NCBI GenBank assembly: GCA_002779075.1 | Contig: PEXK01000015.1 | Location: 1 to 24,590 of the forward strand | Reading direction: 5' to 3' | Length of the DNA: 24,590 bases | DNA from: Candidatus Diapherotrites archaeon CG08_land_8_20_14_0_20_30_16 | Lineage (GTDB): Archaea > Iainarchaeota > Iainarchaeia > Iainarchaeales > 0-14-0-20-30-16 | Shown here: positions 8,554 to 16,526 of the stretch, piece after piece | Layout of the letters: the number at the start of each line of letters is the position of its first letter | Position numbering within the stretch: position 1 is the stretch's first letter | The notes under the pieces: generated by a model | What the model saw: the letters and a program-made list of their open reading frames with translations, nothing else | Databases searched by the model: none | What the model was told of the DNA's origin: nothing | Translations under genes and position numbers: made by a program

Positions 8554-10134
8554 TTATTTGTTTGTTAAAAATGACTTTAGTATTACTGCGTATGCTGGTC
8601 TTGTAATCAAAACTCCTATTGCAACTCCTGCCAAAGTTGTAATTGCAAACCCCACCAACTTTGGTACACCGCCAAATATGAAAACTATTGGCAGCATTGT
8701 TACTGCCAAAGTTGCAGCAGATATCCAAATTATGAAGAAAGCTCTTTTTACTCTTGATAATAAACTTCTTTCTTCTTGTGCAGCTTCTTCTTTTTTGCGT
8801 GCTAATTCATCTGTAATTATTATTTGGTCATCAACCCCGGTTCCAACAGCTGCCAAAATACCTGCTATTGCTGCCAAATCTAATTGCCAACCTATTAATG
8901 CAGCAAAACACAATATCAAAAATATTTCTGCAAACCCTGTAAAAAATATTGGTAAAGCAACTCTATAATCTTTATATCTAAAGAAAATTATCATAGCAAT
9001 AACTGCTAAAGCGATTAATCCTACAATCAAAATCTTGCTTAATATATTTTGCCCAAAAATTGGTGAAACAGTTTCTTTAGAAATGTTTTCTATACCTACT
9101 GGCAAAGATCCTGAACTTAAAATTGCAGATAATTCATTAACCTCTTGTTGTGCTTCTTCTATCTGTTGGCTTCCACCTTCAATAGCTAAATTCATAAATA
9201 TTTTGAAATTTGCAGATTCTGTTGTTGGTGAATTTTTGTTTGTAATATCTTCTCTTAATCCAATAATTGTTTTCAGTCCTATTGCTGACCAAGTCCACGG
9301 AAAATTCTCGCGCTTTGAAACAGCAACTAAGGATATTTGAAGGTTTGCATCTTTTACAGGTTTAATATCAAATGTTGATGGATAAATCAATTTGATTTTA
9401 TTTGTCTGCGTTATTTTGTCTGAAATTAATTTAATTGTGTTTGCATCCAAGGTGTCAACTATAATATATGGTGCTTGTGAATTTTTTAAAAGATCATCAA
9501 GTTTTACATTGCTTGTTGCAGATGCACTTTCTTCATCATATAGGTCTTTGGGAATCAAAACTAATGCATCTAATGGCCTATCAATAAAGAAAAATGTACT
9601 TGGACAGCTTGCTGTGCCATCTGGCAGGCTTACACATTTATGAAAAATCCCTTCAGAGAAATTTCGTGCGGCTTTAGCATTTAAAGTAAATGGCACACTC
9701 CATTGATATCCTTCTTCAGCTTTATGTATTCCAAAACCTTTTTCAGCATCTTTGCTGACTGAAACTACGTCATCTCCAGTAAATAAAACAGTATTTTCAA
9801 AAAGGCATTCAAACCGTCCTTGTTTCTGTAAAAGTTCTTCTATTTGTGCAAGCTCTTTGGGATCACTTGCTGCAACTTGCACACCAACAAACCGTTCATC
9901 CCAACTATTCACTTTAACATCTTTCAAACCAGTCCAATCTAATCTTTGTGCAATGGTTGTTTTTACTTTGTCCATAGTGCTTGTATCTTTTACTGATTCC
10001 TCTAAAGTCAAAATAAATTGTGTTCCGCCAGAGAAGTCTAAACCATATTTCAAGCCTTTGGATGCCAATACTATTACACCAAAAATCAAAAATGCAATAA
10101 GAATTATTACTTTGACATTTTTCAAAACACTCAT
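8554..10134 (-). CDS. secD: Protein-export membrane protein SecD
   Basis: N-terminal TM, then LDFSGGTQ, a large periplasmic-type domain, and a C-terminal 5-TM bundle with GTGVDDQIIITDE. It immediately follows secF. The start is probably ATG 10134; the track's 10143 overlaps the secF stop. Confidence 0.8.
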   Translation of the reverse strand: MSVLKNVKVIILIAFLIFGVIVLASKGLKYGLDFSGGTQFILTLEESVKDTSTMDKVKTTIAQRLDWTGLKDVKVNSWDERFVGVQVAASDPKELAQIEELLQKQGRFECLFENTVLFTGDDVVSVSKDAEKGFGIHKAEEGYQWSVPFTLNAKAARNFSEGIFHKCVSLPDGTASCPSTFFFIDRPLDALVLIPKDLYDEESASATSNVKLDDLLKNSQAPYIIVDTLDANTIKLISDKITQTNKIKLIYPSTFDIKPVKDANLQISLVAVSKRENFPWTWSAIGLKTIIGLREDITNKNSPTTESANFKIFMNLAIEGGSQQIEEAQQEVNELSAILSSGSLPVGIENISKETVSPIFGQNILSKILIVGLIALAVIAMIIFFRYKDYRVALPIFFTGFAEIFLILCFAALIGWQLDLAAIAGILAAVGTGVDDQIIITDELARKKEEAAQEERSLLSRVKRAFFIIWISAATLAVTMLPIVFIFGGVPKLVGFAITTLAGVAIGVLITRPAYAVILKSFLTNK

Positions 10135-10139
10135 AAATA

Positions 10140-11189
10140 TCACACTTTCTTTTTACTCTCAACATACCATAAAAGTATTGGCCCATTCATCATCCAAGTT
10201 GCAATTAAATCAACAATCAATCCGAAAAATAAAACAAGGGAAATATTAAATATTACTGAAACATTGTAAAAGTATGAAAAAATTAACATGACTATCAAAG
10301 CTCCTAAAGTTGTTGTAGTCATATAAATTCCTGTACGCATTGAATCTCCTACTCTATCTTTTGGGCTTCCCTCTGACCGCTTTAAAAGTTTTGTTGTAAG
10401 TAACACATCAGTGTCAATAGAATACCCTAATAACATTAGCAAAGCAGGAATAGTTGTCAGAGATAAAGGAATACCTAGAACAACCATGCCTGTCAAACCA
10501 CCTAAAACATCTAATATACCACAAGCAATAATAGCAACACTGGGGACAAATTCTCTAAAAGCCAAAAAGACAACTATAATTATTCCTATAATTGCAATTA
10601 TTGCAACCCACAGTGCTTTATTGTAAAATGATTCACTTAAAGTAGGGCTGATTTCTTTTATTTCCACGCCTTTACTATCTAGATTAAATTTTGCTGCTAA
10701 ATTGTCAATTACTGCTGCGACTTTTTTATTTTTCTCGTTATTATATAACAAATCCAAAGAAGACATCCATTCTTTGTATTCTTTTGCATTTATTGTATTT
10801 AAATTATAATTATATTGGGTTAACAAAGTTTTTGTATTCTCTATTGCTGTTGCTTGACTACCTAAATTTTTTATTGCTAATATTTTTTGTTTTAATGCCA
10901 GTTGGTCAGGTTCTTGCAAATATTGTATATCTATCCTGTTTGTTTCTATTCCTTTGGATAATGTAACGCTTATCTCTTCTAGTTTAAATTCTGTCTGCAA
11001 ATAGTTTTTCATTTCTTCTGAATCTATTGTTTGATTTGTGTGAAAAGTTATTTGTGTTCCCCCACTTAGATCTATTCCTTTTTTTACCCCCACAGTAAAT
11101 ATCAGAACAAGGCAAACAATCAAAACTATTGCTGGTACAATAAGATATTTCTTGTAATTGCCAGAATAAAAGTTAGAATAAAAACTCAT
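10140..11189 (-). CDS. secF: Protein-export membrane protein SecF
   Basis: 349 aa. N-terminal TM, IDLSGGTQ, and a C-terminal TM bundle with GYSIDTDVLLTTK. The secF-then-secD order is as reported for archaeal secFD operons. Confidence 0.75.
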   Translation of the reverse strand: MSFYSNFYSGNYKKYLIVPAIVLIVCLVLIFTVGVKKGIDLSGGTQITFHTNQTIDSEEMKNYLQTEFKLEEISVTLSKGIETNRIDIQYLQEPDQLALKQKILAIKNLGSQATAIENTKTLLTQYNYNLNTINAKEYKEWMSSLDLLYNNEKNKKVAAVIDNLAAKFNLDSKGVEIKEISPTLSESFYNKALWVAIIAIIGIIIVVFLAFREFVPSVAIIACGILDVLGGLTGMVVLGIPLSLTTIPALLMLLGYSIDTDVLLTTKLLKRSEGSPKDRVGDSMRTGIYMTTTTLGALIVMLIFSYFYNVSVIFNISLVLFFGLIVDLIATWMMNGPILLWYVESKKKV

Positions 11190-11202
11190 TGCGTCACCAA
11201 AA

Positions 11203-11379
11203 TTAATTCACATCAGAAATTAAATTATTAAAGTCCGAATATTGTGTATTTGCAGTGTCTTTTGTTTTGGATGTTATATTTATAATTACTGCAATTACAA
11301 TTGCAGCCAAAACAATAGCTCCGCCTATTATTAAAAGGTATTCTAAAGCGCCTTGTGCTTTTTCATCTTTAAAAAACAT
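11203..11379 (-). CDS. Small class III signal peptide (archaeal pilin-like) protein
   Basis: MFFKDEKAQGALEYLLIIGGAIVLAAIVIAV matches the class III signal peptide consensus (QG-x-LEYLLxIG). GGTGGT lies upstream of ATG 11379. The ORF-track extension to 11442 is probably promoter sequence, since TTTATATA elements occur there. Confidence 0.7.
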   Translation of the reverse strand: MFFKDEKAQGALEYLLIIGGAIVLAAIVIAVIINITSKTKDTANTQYSDFNNLISDVN

Positions 11380-11445
11380 CCAACCACCAAAAAGAGATAT
11401 TATACATATATAATAAACAAAAACTATATAAATGCTAGTCAATCT

Positions 11446-12738
11446 TTAGGCAAATAGCGTCCTTTGTGAAGACCCTGTAGATTTTTGCAAATATTTCTTT
11501 TCTTTCATTTGGTCTTCTATTTTTAGCTCATTTTTTTGTTTTTCCAGTTCAGAGAAAGCAATTATTGGCTTACCATATTGACCAGCCCCGCCAGGAAAGT
11601 AATTAACATAGTCATTTCTAAAAGCAATTATATATTTTGCAATTTCTGGGTTTATTTCATTTAATTGAGGTTCTGATAAATACAACAACACATTTATTTC
11701 TGTTTCTGCTATTTTTATAAAGTCCCACCAAATCTTTTGCACTTTTTCAGCCAATGGGTTGTCACTATTTTGTGCAATAGCAATAATTTCTGCCAATGCT
11801 AGAATGTGTTTATATTCTGGTCTATCATATTTTTCTCTTTTTGGGGCGATTTCTTTTATTCTGTCATAAACTCCTTTTTTTATTATTCCTTTACAAGGAC
11901 AACGCCAATTTAATTTTACTGCATCTTCTAAAGAATAAAAAGTTAAACAGTCTTTACATCTTGTTTTATGATACATTCCCTCTTTTGGGTTCAAACCCAC
12001 ATTTAAAATCAAATCTCTTCCTTCTTTTTTGCCTAATGCTTTTTCAATCTCATAATAATTTGGTTTATTTAATTGAAAGGTGTTGAACTCTCTACCTAAT
12101 CTGTGTGGCCAAAAACTATGCGCATCACTATTTGATAAAAAAGGGGTATTTTTTAATTCGAGAATATCATTTGCCAGATAGCTGTCTGCACTTAGTCCTA
12201 ATTCTAAAAAATCAATATCCTCAAAATATTTTCCATATGCAATTTTTAAAGAATCGTAATGTGCATAAACACCAAAATAAGGAGTAAAAGCATGTGCAGG
12301 GCCAAAAGTCAAATCTGAATCAACACAAATTTTCGCAATTTCCTCAGCATTTAAACTCAGCCACGGACGACCATTCATTGGACCATCTAAATTTCTGCAA
12401 GATGATTTTATTCGTTCTCTAAACCCCAATATAGATTTTTTGTCTGGAAACAAAACTATGTGGTGTGTCCTATCTTTTGCTTGGACTTCTGTTGACAAAA
12501 TAAAATTTGTTCTTTTTTCACCAAAAATCGTTTTGATATCATAAAAATATATTTCGTCTTCGCATTGTAATTTACTAAAAACATCATCAAACCAAGGTTT
12601 GTGTGTTAAATCACCAACTGGGGATATTTGCAGACCTTTGTAGAAGCCCATTTCTGCAATCTTTTCAACACATAAATTTTTACTTGTACCGCCAGCATAT
12701 GGCCCATGAATATGAAAATCAGCATTGTAGTTTTGCAT
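11446..12738 (-). CDS. endoQ: Endonuclease Q (EndoQ), a PHP-domain nuclease acting at deaminated bases (dU / hypoxanthine)
   Basis: N-terminal PHP motif DFHIHG. Blocks that I recall from Pyrococcus EndoQ are present: GPAHAFTPY, DFLELGLSADS, LSNSDAHSFWPHRLGREFN, the zinc-finger region CKDC..WRCPCKGIIKKGVYDRI, and ALAEIIA. The C-terminus is ..SSQRTLFA*. Confidence 0.85.
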   Translation of the reverse strand: MQNYNADFHIHGPYAGGTSKNLCVEKIAEMGFYKGLQISPVGDLTHKPWFDDVFSKLQCEDEIYFYDIKTIFGEKRTNFILSTEVQAKDRTHHIVLFPDKKSILGFRERIKSSCRNLDGPMNGRPWLSLNAEEIAKICVDSDLTFGPAHAFTPYFGVYAHYDSLKIAYGKYFEDIDFLELGLSADSYLANDILELKNTPFLSNSDAHSFWPHRLGREFNTFQLNKPNYYEIEKALGKKEGRDLILNVGLNPKEGMYHKTRCKDCLTFYSLEDAVKLNWRCPCKGIIKKGVYDRIKEIAPKREKYDRPEYKHILALAEIIAIAQNSDNPLAEKVQKIWWDFIKIAETEINVLLYLSEPQLNEINPEIAKYIIAFRNDYVNYFPGGAGQYGKPIIAFSELEKQKNELKIEDQMKEKKYLQKSTGSSQRTLFA

Positions 12739-13261
12739 CTATATCCCTCTTGTATAAAGTTAACCAAATATAATAAAACAATACAAAAAATAGGAAGAAC
12801 CCTATTTTAAAAAGAATAGTATGTAAAATATCAACAACATAAATGTTTACATTCTGTAATAACCAAACCATTGCTAAAATTCTTGCTAAATTAAAATAAA
12901 AAAATAAAACTATCAATATGACTGCGCCAATAAGTTTATGTTTGAAAGAAACTATAAGAGTTGCAAAAATCAATGCTAAAAAAACACACAACTCAAACAA
13001 ACCTGTGCACACATCTAAAATATTTATTTGCATTTCTCCTATTGTTAATCCATAATTGGCCCCATTATAAAATACTTCGTTACTTATACCCTGCGAATTT
13101 AAGATTTGTGAGGACAATACAGAATAAGGTTTTGATAAATCAATGCTTTTAGTTACTAACCAAAAAATAAATAACAATACAAAAAAAAGAATTAAAAAAG
13201 AAAGAATGTGAAGGTGTTTTTTTTCTTTAATTTTAACCAAAAAAATTTTAATATTGCACAA
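12719..13261 (-). CDS. Exosortase/archaeosortase-family transpeptidase-like membrane protein (short form)
   Basis: Polytopic protein with the family's Cys/Arg/His arrangement: DVCTGLFELCVF (compare aCSG), FNLARILAMVWL, and DILHTILFKIGFF. The start is likely TTG 13261, 4 nt after AGTGAT. Its 3' end overlaps the endoQ start by 20 nt. Confidence 0.6.
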   Translation of the reverse strand: MCNIKIFLVKIKEKKHLHILSFLILFFVLLFIFWLVTKSIDLSKPYSVLSSQILNSQGISNEVFYNGANYGLTIGEMQINILDVCTGLFELCVFLALIFATLIVSFKHKLIGAVILIVLFFYFNLARILAMVWLLQNVNIYVVDILHTILFKIGFFLFFVLFYYIWLTLYKRDIDAKLQC

Positions 13262-13266
13262 AAATA

Positions 13267-14067
13267 TCACTGCATATCGAGTGCTTCTTTTATTTTGGAG
13301 ATTTGTTGTAATGCACCTCTTTCTCCGGCTATTTTGTAACTTTTAGCTGTTTCTAAACTAAATAAATCTTTTACAAGTGTATATTTTGGTTTTATAATTA
13401 TTTTGTTAGGTATCTTTTTGAGTGTGGATTCGGTCATAGTATGTTCAAATATTCTGAAACATCTTTGTGCAGTTTCTAAATGGGTTGGTTGTTTTGCAAA
13501 TATTTTTTTTATTTTAGGATACAAATCAACACCCACTAATACTGAGGGGTTCTTTTTTTGTAAAATATCTAGTGGTATAGGGTCTAAAAAACCACCATCT
13601 ACAAGCCATCTACCCCAATAAAAAACAGGTTCAAATACTAAAGGTATTGATATGCTAGCTAATAATGCAGATCTCAAACTGCCTTTATTTAAATAAACTA
13701 TTTTTCCAGTTTCTAAATCTGCTGCAGTAATGCACAGGGGTGTTTTACAATCCTTAAATGTACTATCTCCAAAAATATCTTCGAAGTATAATTTAAATTT
13801 CCTAATTCTTTTTTTTCTTTCTAATACAGTTTCAATATTAAACAAACTAAAATTATTTTCCTTAATAAATGATTTTGCATCTTCTTCTAATTTTTTCAAA
13901 TCTCTGTATAATGAATAATGACAACCAATAACTGCGCCAATACTAGATCCAGAAATATAATCAATTGGTATTTTGTATTTCTCCAAAACGCTTAGAACGC
14001 CTAAATGTGCTAAACCAAAAGATCCGCCAGCCCCTAATGCCAAACCTAATTTCTTTTTATACTGCAT
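13267..14067 (-). CDS. Patatin-like phospholipase
   Basis: Oxyanion motif GAGGSFG, nucleophile elbow GSSIGA (GxSxG), and catalytic Asp in VDGGFLDPIP. Confidence 0.85.
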   Translation of the reverse strand: MQYKKKLGLALGAGGSFGLAHLGVLSVLEKYKIPIDYISGSSIGAVIGCHYSLYRDLKKLEEDAKSFIKENNFSLFNIETVLERKKRIRKFKLYFEDIFGDSTFKDCKTPLCITAADLETGKIVYLNKGSLRSALLASISIPLVFEPVFYWGRWLVDGGFLDPIPLDILQKKNPSVLVGVDLYPKIKKIFAKQPTHLETAQRCFRIFEHTMTESTLKKIPNKIIIKPKYTLVKDLFSLETAKSYKIAGERGALQQISKIKEALDMQ

Positions 14068-14091
14068 AAAGATCCTCTCTTCTTTATGAAA

Positions 14092-14517
14092 TTATTCAAA
14101 TATTCCAAACCAATACGCCCCAATATTCAAAGTGTTTTTTATGTTCATCAACTTCACTACATTTTCTTTTGGAGTCATATAAAATATTTTACTATTGTTC
14201 CAACTAAAAACCAAAATCCAGTCTACCCCTTTTGCTTCTTTTTCTGTTTGTTCAAACCATTCAGAAATTCTGCTTTTTTTATTGACTAAATCTGTAAGCG
14301 TGATTGGTTGTTTTGTTTTTTTACATTCAACAACAATGTCTTTATATTGCTGGGCCTCTGTGAAAACATCTCCAAAGAATCTTTTGTCTTCACTTCTGTT
14401 AATTGTTGAGAAAGCACCAGACATGGGAACTCTTTTCCATTCAACATTTGTTAGCTTAGAACAAATCTTTGCTACTTGCCTTTCAAAACCCTTGCCCTTA
14501 ATTATGCTATTAACCAA
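14092..14517 (-). CDS. hjc: Hjc-type PD-(D/E)xK Holliday junction resolvase-like nuclease
   Basis: The motif order matches archaeal Hjc: KGKGFERQVAKI (compare KGSxxER), RVPMSGA (compare RAPASGS), GDVF (the Asp), and IVVECKK (ExK). It starts 12 nt after the mutL stop. Confidence 0.6.
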   Translation of the reverse strand: MVNSIIKGKGFERQVAKICSKLTNVEWKRVPMSGAFSTINRSEDKRFFGDVFTEAQQYKDIVVECKKTKQPITLTDLVNKKSRISEWFEQTEKEAKGVDWILVFSWNNSKIFYMTPKENVVKLMNIKNTLNIGAYWFGIFE

Positions 14518-14529
14518 AATCTCATACTC

Positions 14530-16275
14530 CTATTTTCTTCCTATTTTGTGATAAATTTCATTTTTTGTTAATTCAATAATTATTGGCCTTCCGTGTGGGC
14601 AAGTATATGGATTTTTTGTAACAAACAAACCATCAATAATTCTTTTCATTTCAAACAACCCCAAAGAGGTGTCTGCTTTTATTGCGCTTTTACATGCAAG
14701 AGTTGTTAAGATACTAACTCTTAGGTTATTTATCAAATTATCTATTTTTAGTTTTCCTTGGTTTTCAACATTGTTTGCAATTTCTAAAAGCATTTCTTTT
14801 AATTCTTGCTTGTCTGGAATTCTACCCAAAACAACAGGTATGCTTCGCAATAATATTGAATCTTTTAAAACATCAAAATCAAAACCAAAAGTTAAAAAGA
14901 CTTTTGCATATTCTGTAAAAATTTCCAAATATTCTAATTCAAAATCTAAACTTAATGGCAAAATTAATTGTTGTGATTTTATTGTACCGTCTCTTTCAAA
15001 AATTATAGAAAGATTTTCAAAGTGTATCCTTTCGTCTGCAACATGCTGATCAATAATAAGTAGGCTTTCGTTTTCATCTTCTACTAAAATATATGTATTG
15101 TTGTACTGGCCCAAAATTTTGTATTTTGATTTTGTTTCTATATTATTTGATGCAAAAGAAAATGTTGTTTGTGTTTGTTTTTCTTTTTGAGGAATATTAA
15201 TTTCGTTTTTGTCTTTTAATATATGGGTCAAATTATTTTCTTGACCTAATAAAGAAATTATTTTTGTTCTTTTTTCATCAGTATTGGAATCTATTCCTTT
15301 TTCCAAAGAGTTTTTCAAAGCGCCATAAACAGGATAAAAAAATGTGTTATCATCTTTTACTCGCACTTCTAACTTTTGGGGATGAACATTAACATCGATC
15401 ACTTTGGGCGAGATGTTCAAAAAAACAAAAACATTTGGTTTTCTTCCTTTTGGAACTCTTGTTTCAAAAGCTTTTATTATTGCAAAGGCTATTGTTCTAT
15501 TTGTTATTGGTCTATTATTTACATAAAAAATTTGTTTTGTATCTCCAAAAAGTTCTTTTAAGTCTGTTGGGTTTGTATAATATACTTGCGCATCAACAAT
15601 AGGGTCTTTAGATTGGCCCTCAAACACATCCAACCCAAACACTTCCTGAATTCTTTGTTTGATTGTGTCACACTTTTTATACTCAAAGACTAATTTAGTA
15701 TCGTTATAAAGTTTGAATTCTATCTTTATATTCGGAATGGTAATAGATTTTAACCAGTCACAAATCTTCTTGAATTCGTAACTGTCACTTTTTAAAAATT
15801 TCTGACGTGCAGGAATTGTGTAAAATAAATTGTAAATATTTATTGTTGTACCTTGATATTTTGTTGTTGGCACAAACTCTTTTTGTTTTCCTTCTTCTAA
15901 AACTAATTTATAAGAATAGGAATCAGTTTTTGTTCCTGAAATTATTTCCATTTTAGAAACTTCAGCAACTGTTGCAAGAGCTTCTCCTCTGAAACCATAA
16001 CTAAAAATAGAATAAATATCATTGATACTTTGTATTTTAGAGGTTGCGTGCCTTTTTGTACAAAGTAAAATATCTTCTTTATCCATTCCTTGTCCATTGT
16101 CTATTACTGTAATCTGTTTTTTGCCACCATCTTTTATTTTTACTGTAATTTCTGTTGCCCCAGCATCTAGGGAATTTTCAACAAGTTCTTTTACAACTGA
16201 TGCTGGTCTTTCAATAACTTCGCCAGCAGCTATTTTAGTAATTGTTGATTCATCAAGCAGTATAATCTTGGGCAT
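14530..16275 (-). CDS. mutL: DNA mismatch repair protein MutL, endonuclease-proficient type
   Basis: The GHKL ATPase N-terminus has IAAGEVIERPASVVKELVENSLDAG, DNGQGM and GFRGEAL. The C-terminal endonuclease motifs are DQHVADERIHFE (DQHAxxExxxxE, 15016-15051), ACKSAIKA and CPHGRP. Confidence 0.9.
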   Translation of the reverse strand: MPKIILLDESTITKIAAGEVIERPASVVKELVENSLDAGATEITVKIKDGGKKQITVIDNGQGMDKEDILLCTKRHATSKIQSINDIYSIFSYGFRGEALATVAEVSKMEIISGTKTDSYSYKLVLEEGKQKEFVPTTKYQGTTINIYNLFYTIPARQKFLKSDSYEFKKICDWLKSITIPNIKIEFKLYNDTKLVFEYKKCDTIKQRIQEVFGLDVFEGQSKDPIVDAQVYYTNPTDLKELFGDTKQIFYVNNRPITNRTIAFAIIKAFETRVPKGRKPNVFVFLNISPKVIDVNVHPQKLEVRVKDDNTFFYPVYGALKNSLEKGIDSNTDEKRTKIISLLGQENNLTHILKDKNEINIPQKEKQTQTTFSFASNNIETKSKYKILGQYNNTYILVEDENESLLIIDQHVADERIHFENLSIIFERDGTIKSQQLILPLSLDFELEYLEIFTEYAKVFLTFGFDFDVLKDSILLRSIPVVLGRIPDKQELKEMLLEIANNVENQGKLKIDNLINNLRVSILTTLACKSAIKADTSLGLFEMKRIIDGLFVTKNPYTCPHGRPIIIELTKNEIYHKIGRK

Positions 16276-16318
16276 ATATAAAATAACTAATAACCTTTAA
16301 TAGGCTTTGCCAAAAAGT

Positions 16319-16326
16319 ATTTAAAT
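16319..16326 (+). promoter_or_regulatory. Candidate TATA box (ATTTAAAT) for the small plus-strand ORF
   Basis: AT palindrome centred about 24.5 nt upstream of ATG 16347, which is leaderless-type spacing. It could instead, or also, serve mutL on the other strand. Confidence 0.3.
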
Positions 16327-16346
16327 TTCACTGTTGTTTATGTATT

Positions 16347-16520
16347 ATGCCAAAACCTCCGCGTAGATTGATGACTAGACACCATATTAAATCAATATAT
16401 GATATATCGGATGCAGCGCCAAATTTAGCTGATTGGAACAATGAAAACAGGAGCATATTGGTGAAAAGTCGAAACAGAGAGAAAAAACGCAGAAGAAAAA
16501 CATTTGATATGCGTATTTGA
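16347..16520 (+). CDS. Candidate small basic protein (57 aa), antisense-oriented in the gap between the mutS operon and mutL
   Basis: Hand-translated as MPKPPRRLMTRHHIKSIYDISDAAPNLADWNNENRSILVKSRNREKKRRRKTFDMRI*. It is below the ORF-track size cut-off. A TATA-like element lies at -24 and a T6 run follows directly after the stop. The region is locally more GC-rich than the flanking spacer. No homology was recognised. Confidence 0.3.
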   Translation: MPKPPRRLMTRHHIKSIYDISDAAPNLADWNNENRSILVKSRNREKKRRRKTFDMRI

Positions 16521-16526
16521 TGTTTT

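Noticed and set aside
8558-10249. Long plus-strand ORFs (136, 101, 83 and 165 aa) opposite secD, and similar shadow ORFs opposite thyX, rfcL, mutL, mutS and others
   Set aside because: All are antisense to genes with strong family motifs. They show Ser/Leu/Phe/Cys-rich compositions typical of shadow frames and lack start signals.
11987-11998. GGGTTCAAACCC palindrome resembling a tRNA T-arm
   Set aside because: It lies inside the conserved EndoQ reading frame (..GLNPKEG..). No acceptor, D or anticodon arms can be built around it.
16360-16440. Possible C/D-box sRNA (TGATGA at about 16369 and CTGA at about 16430)
   Set aside because: The box spacing of about 55 nt is far from the roughly 12-nt guide spacing of archaeal C/D sRNAs. 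No clear C'/D' pair or terminal stem is present.
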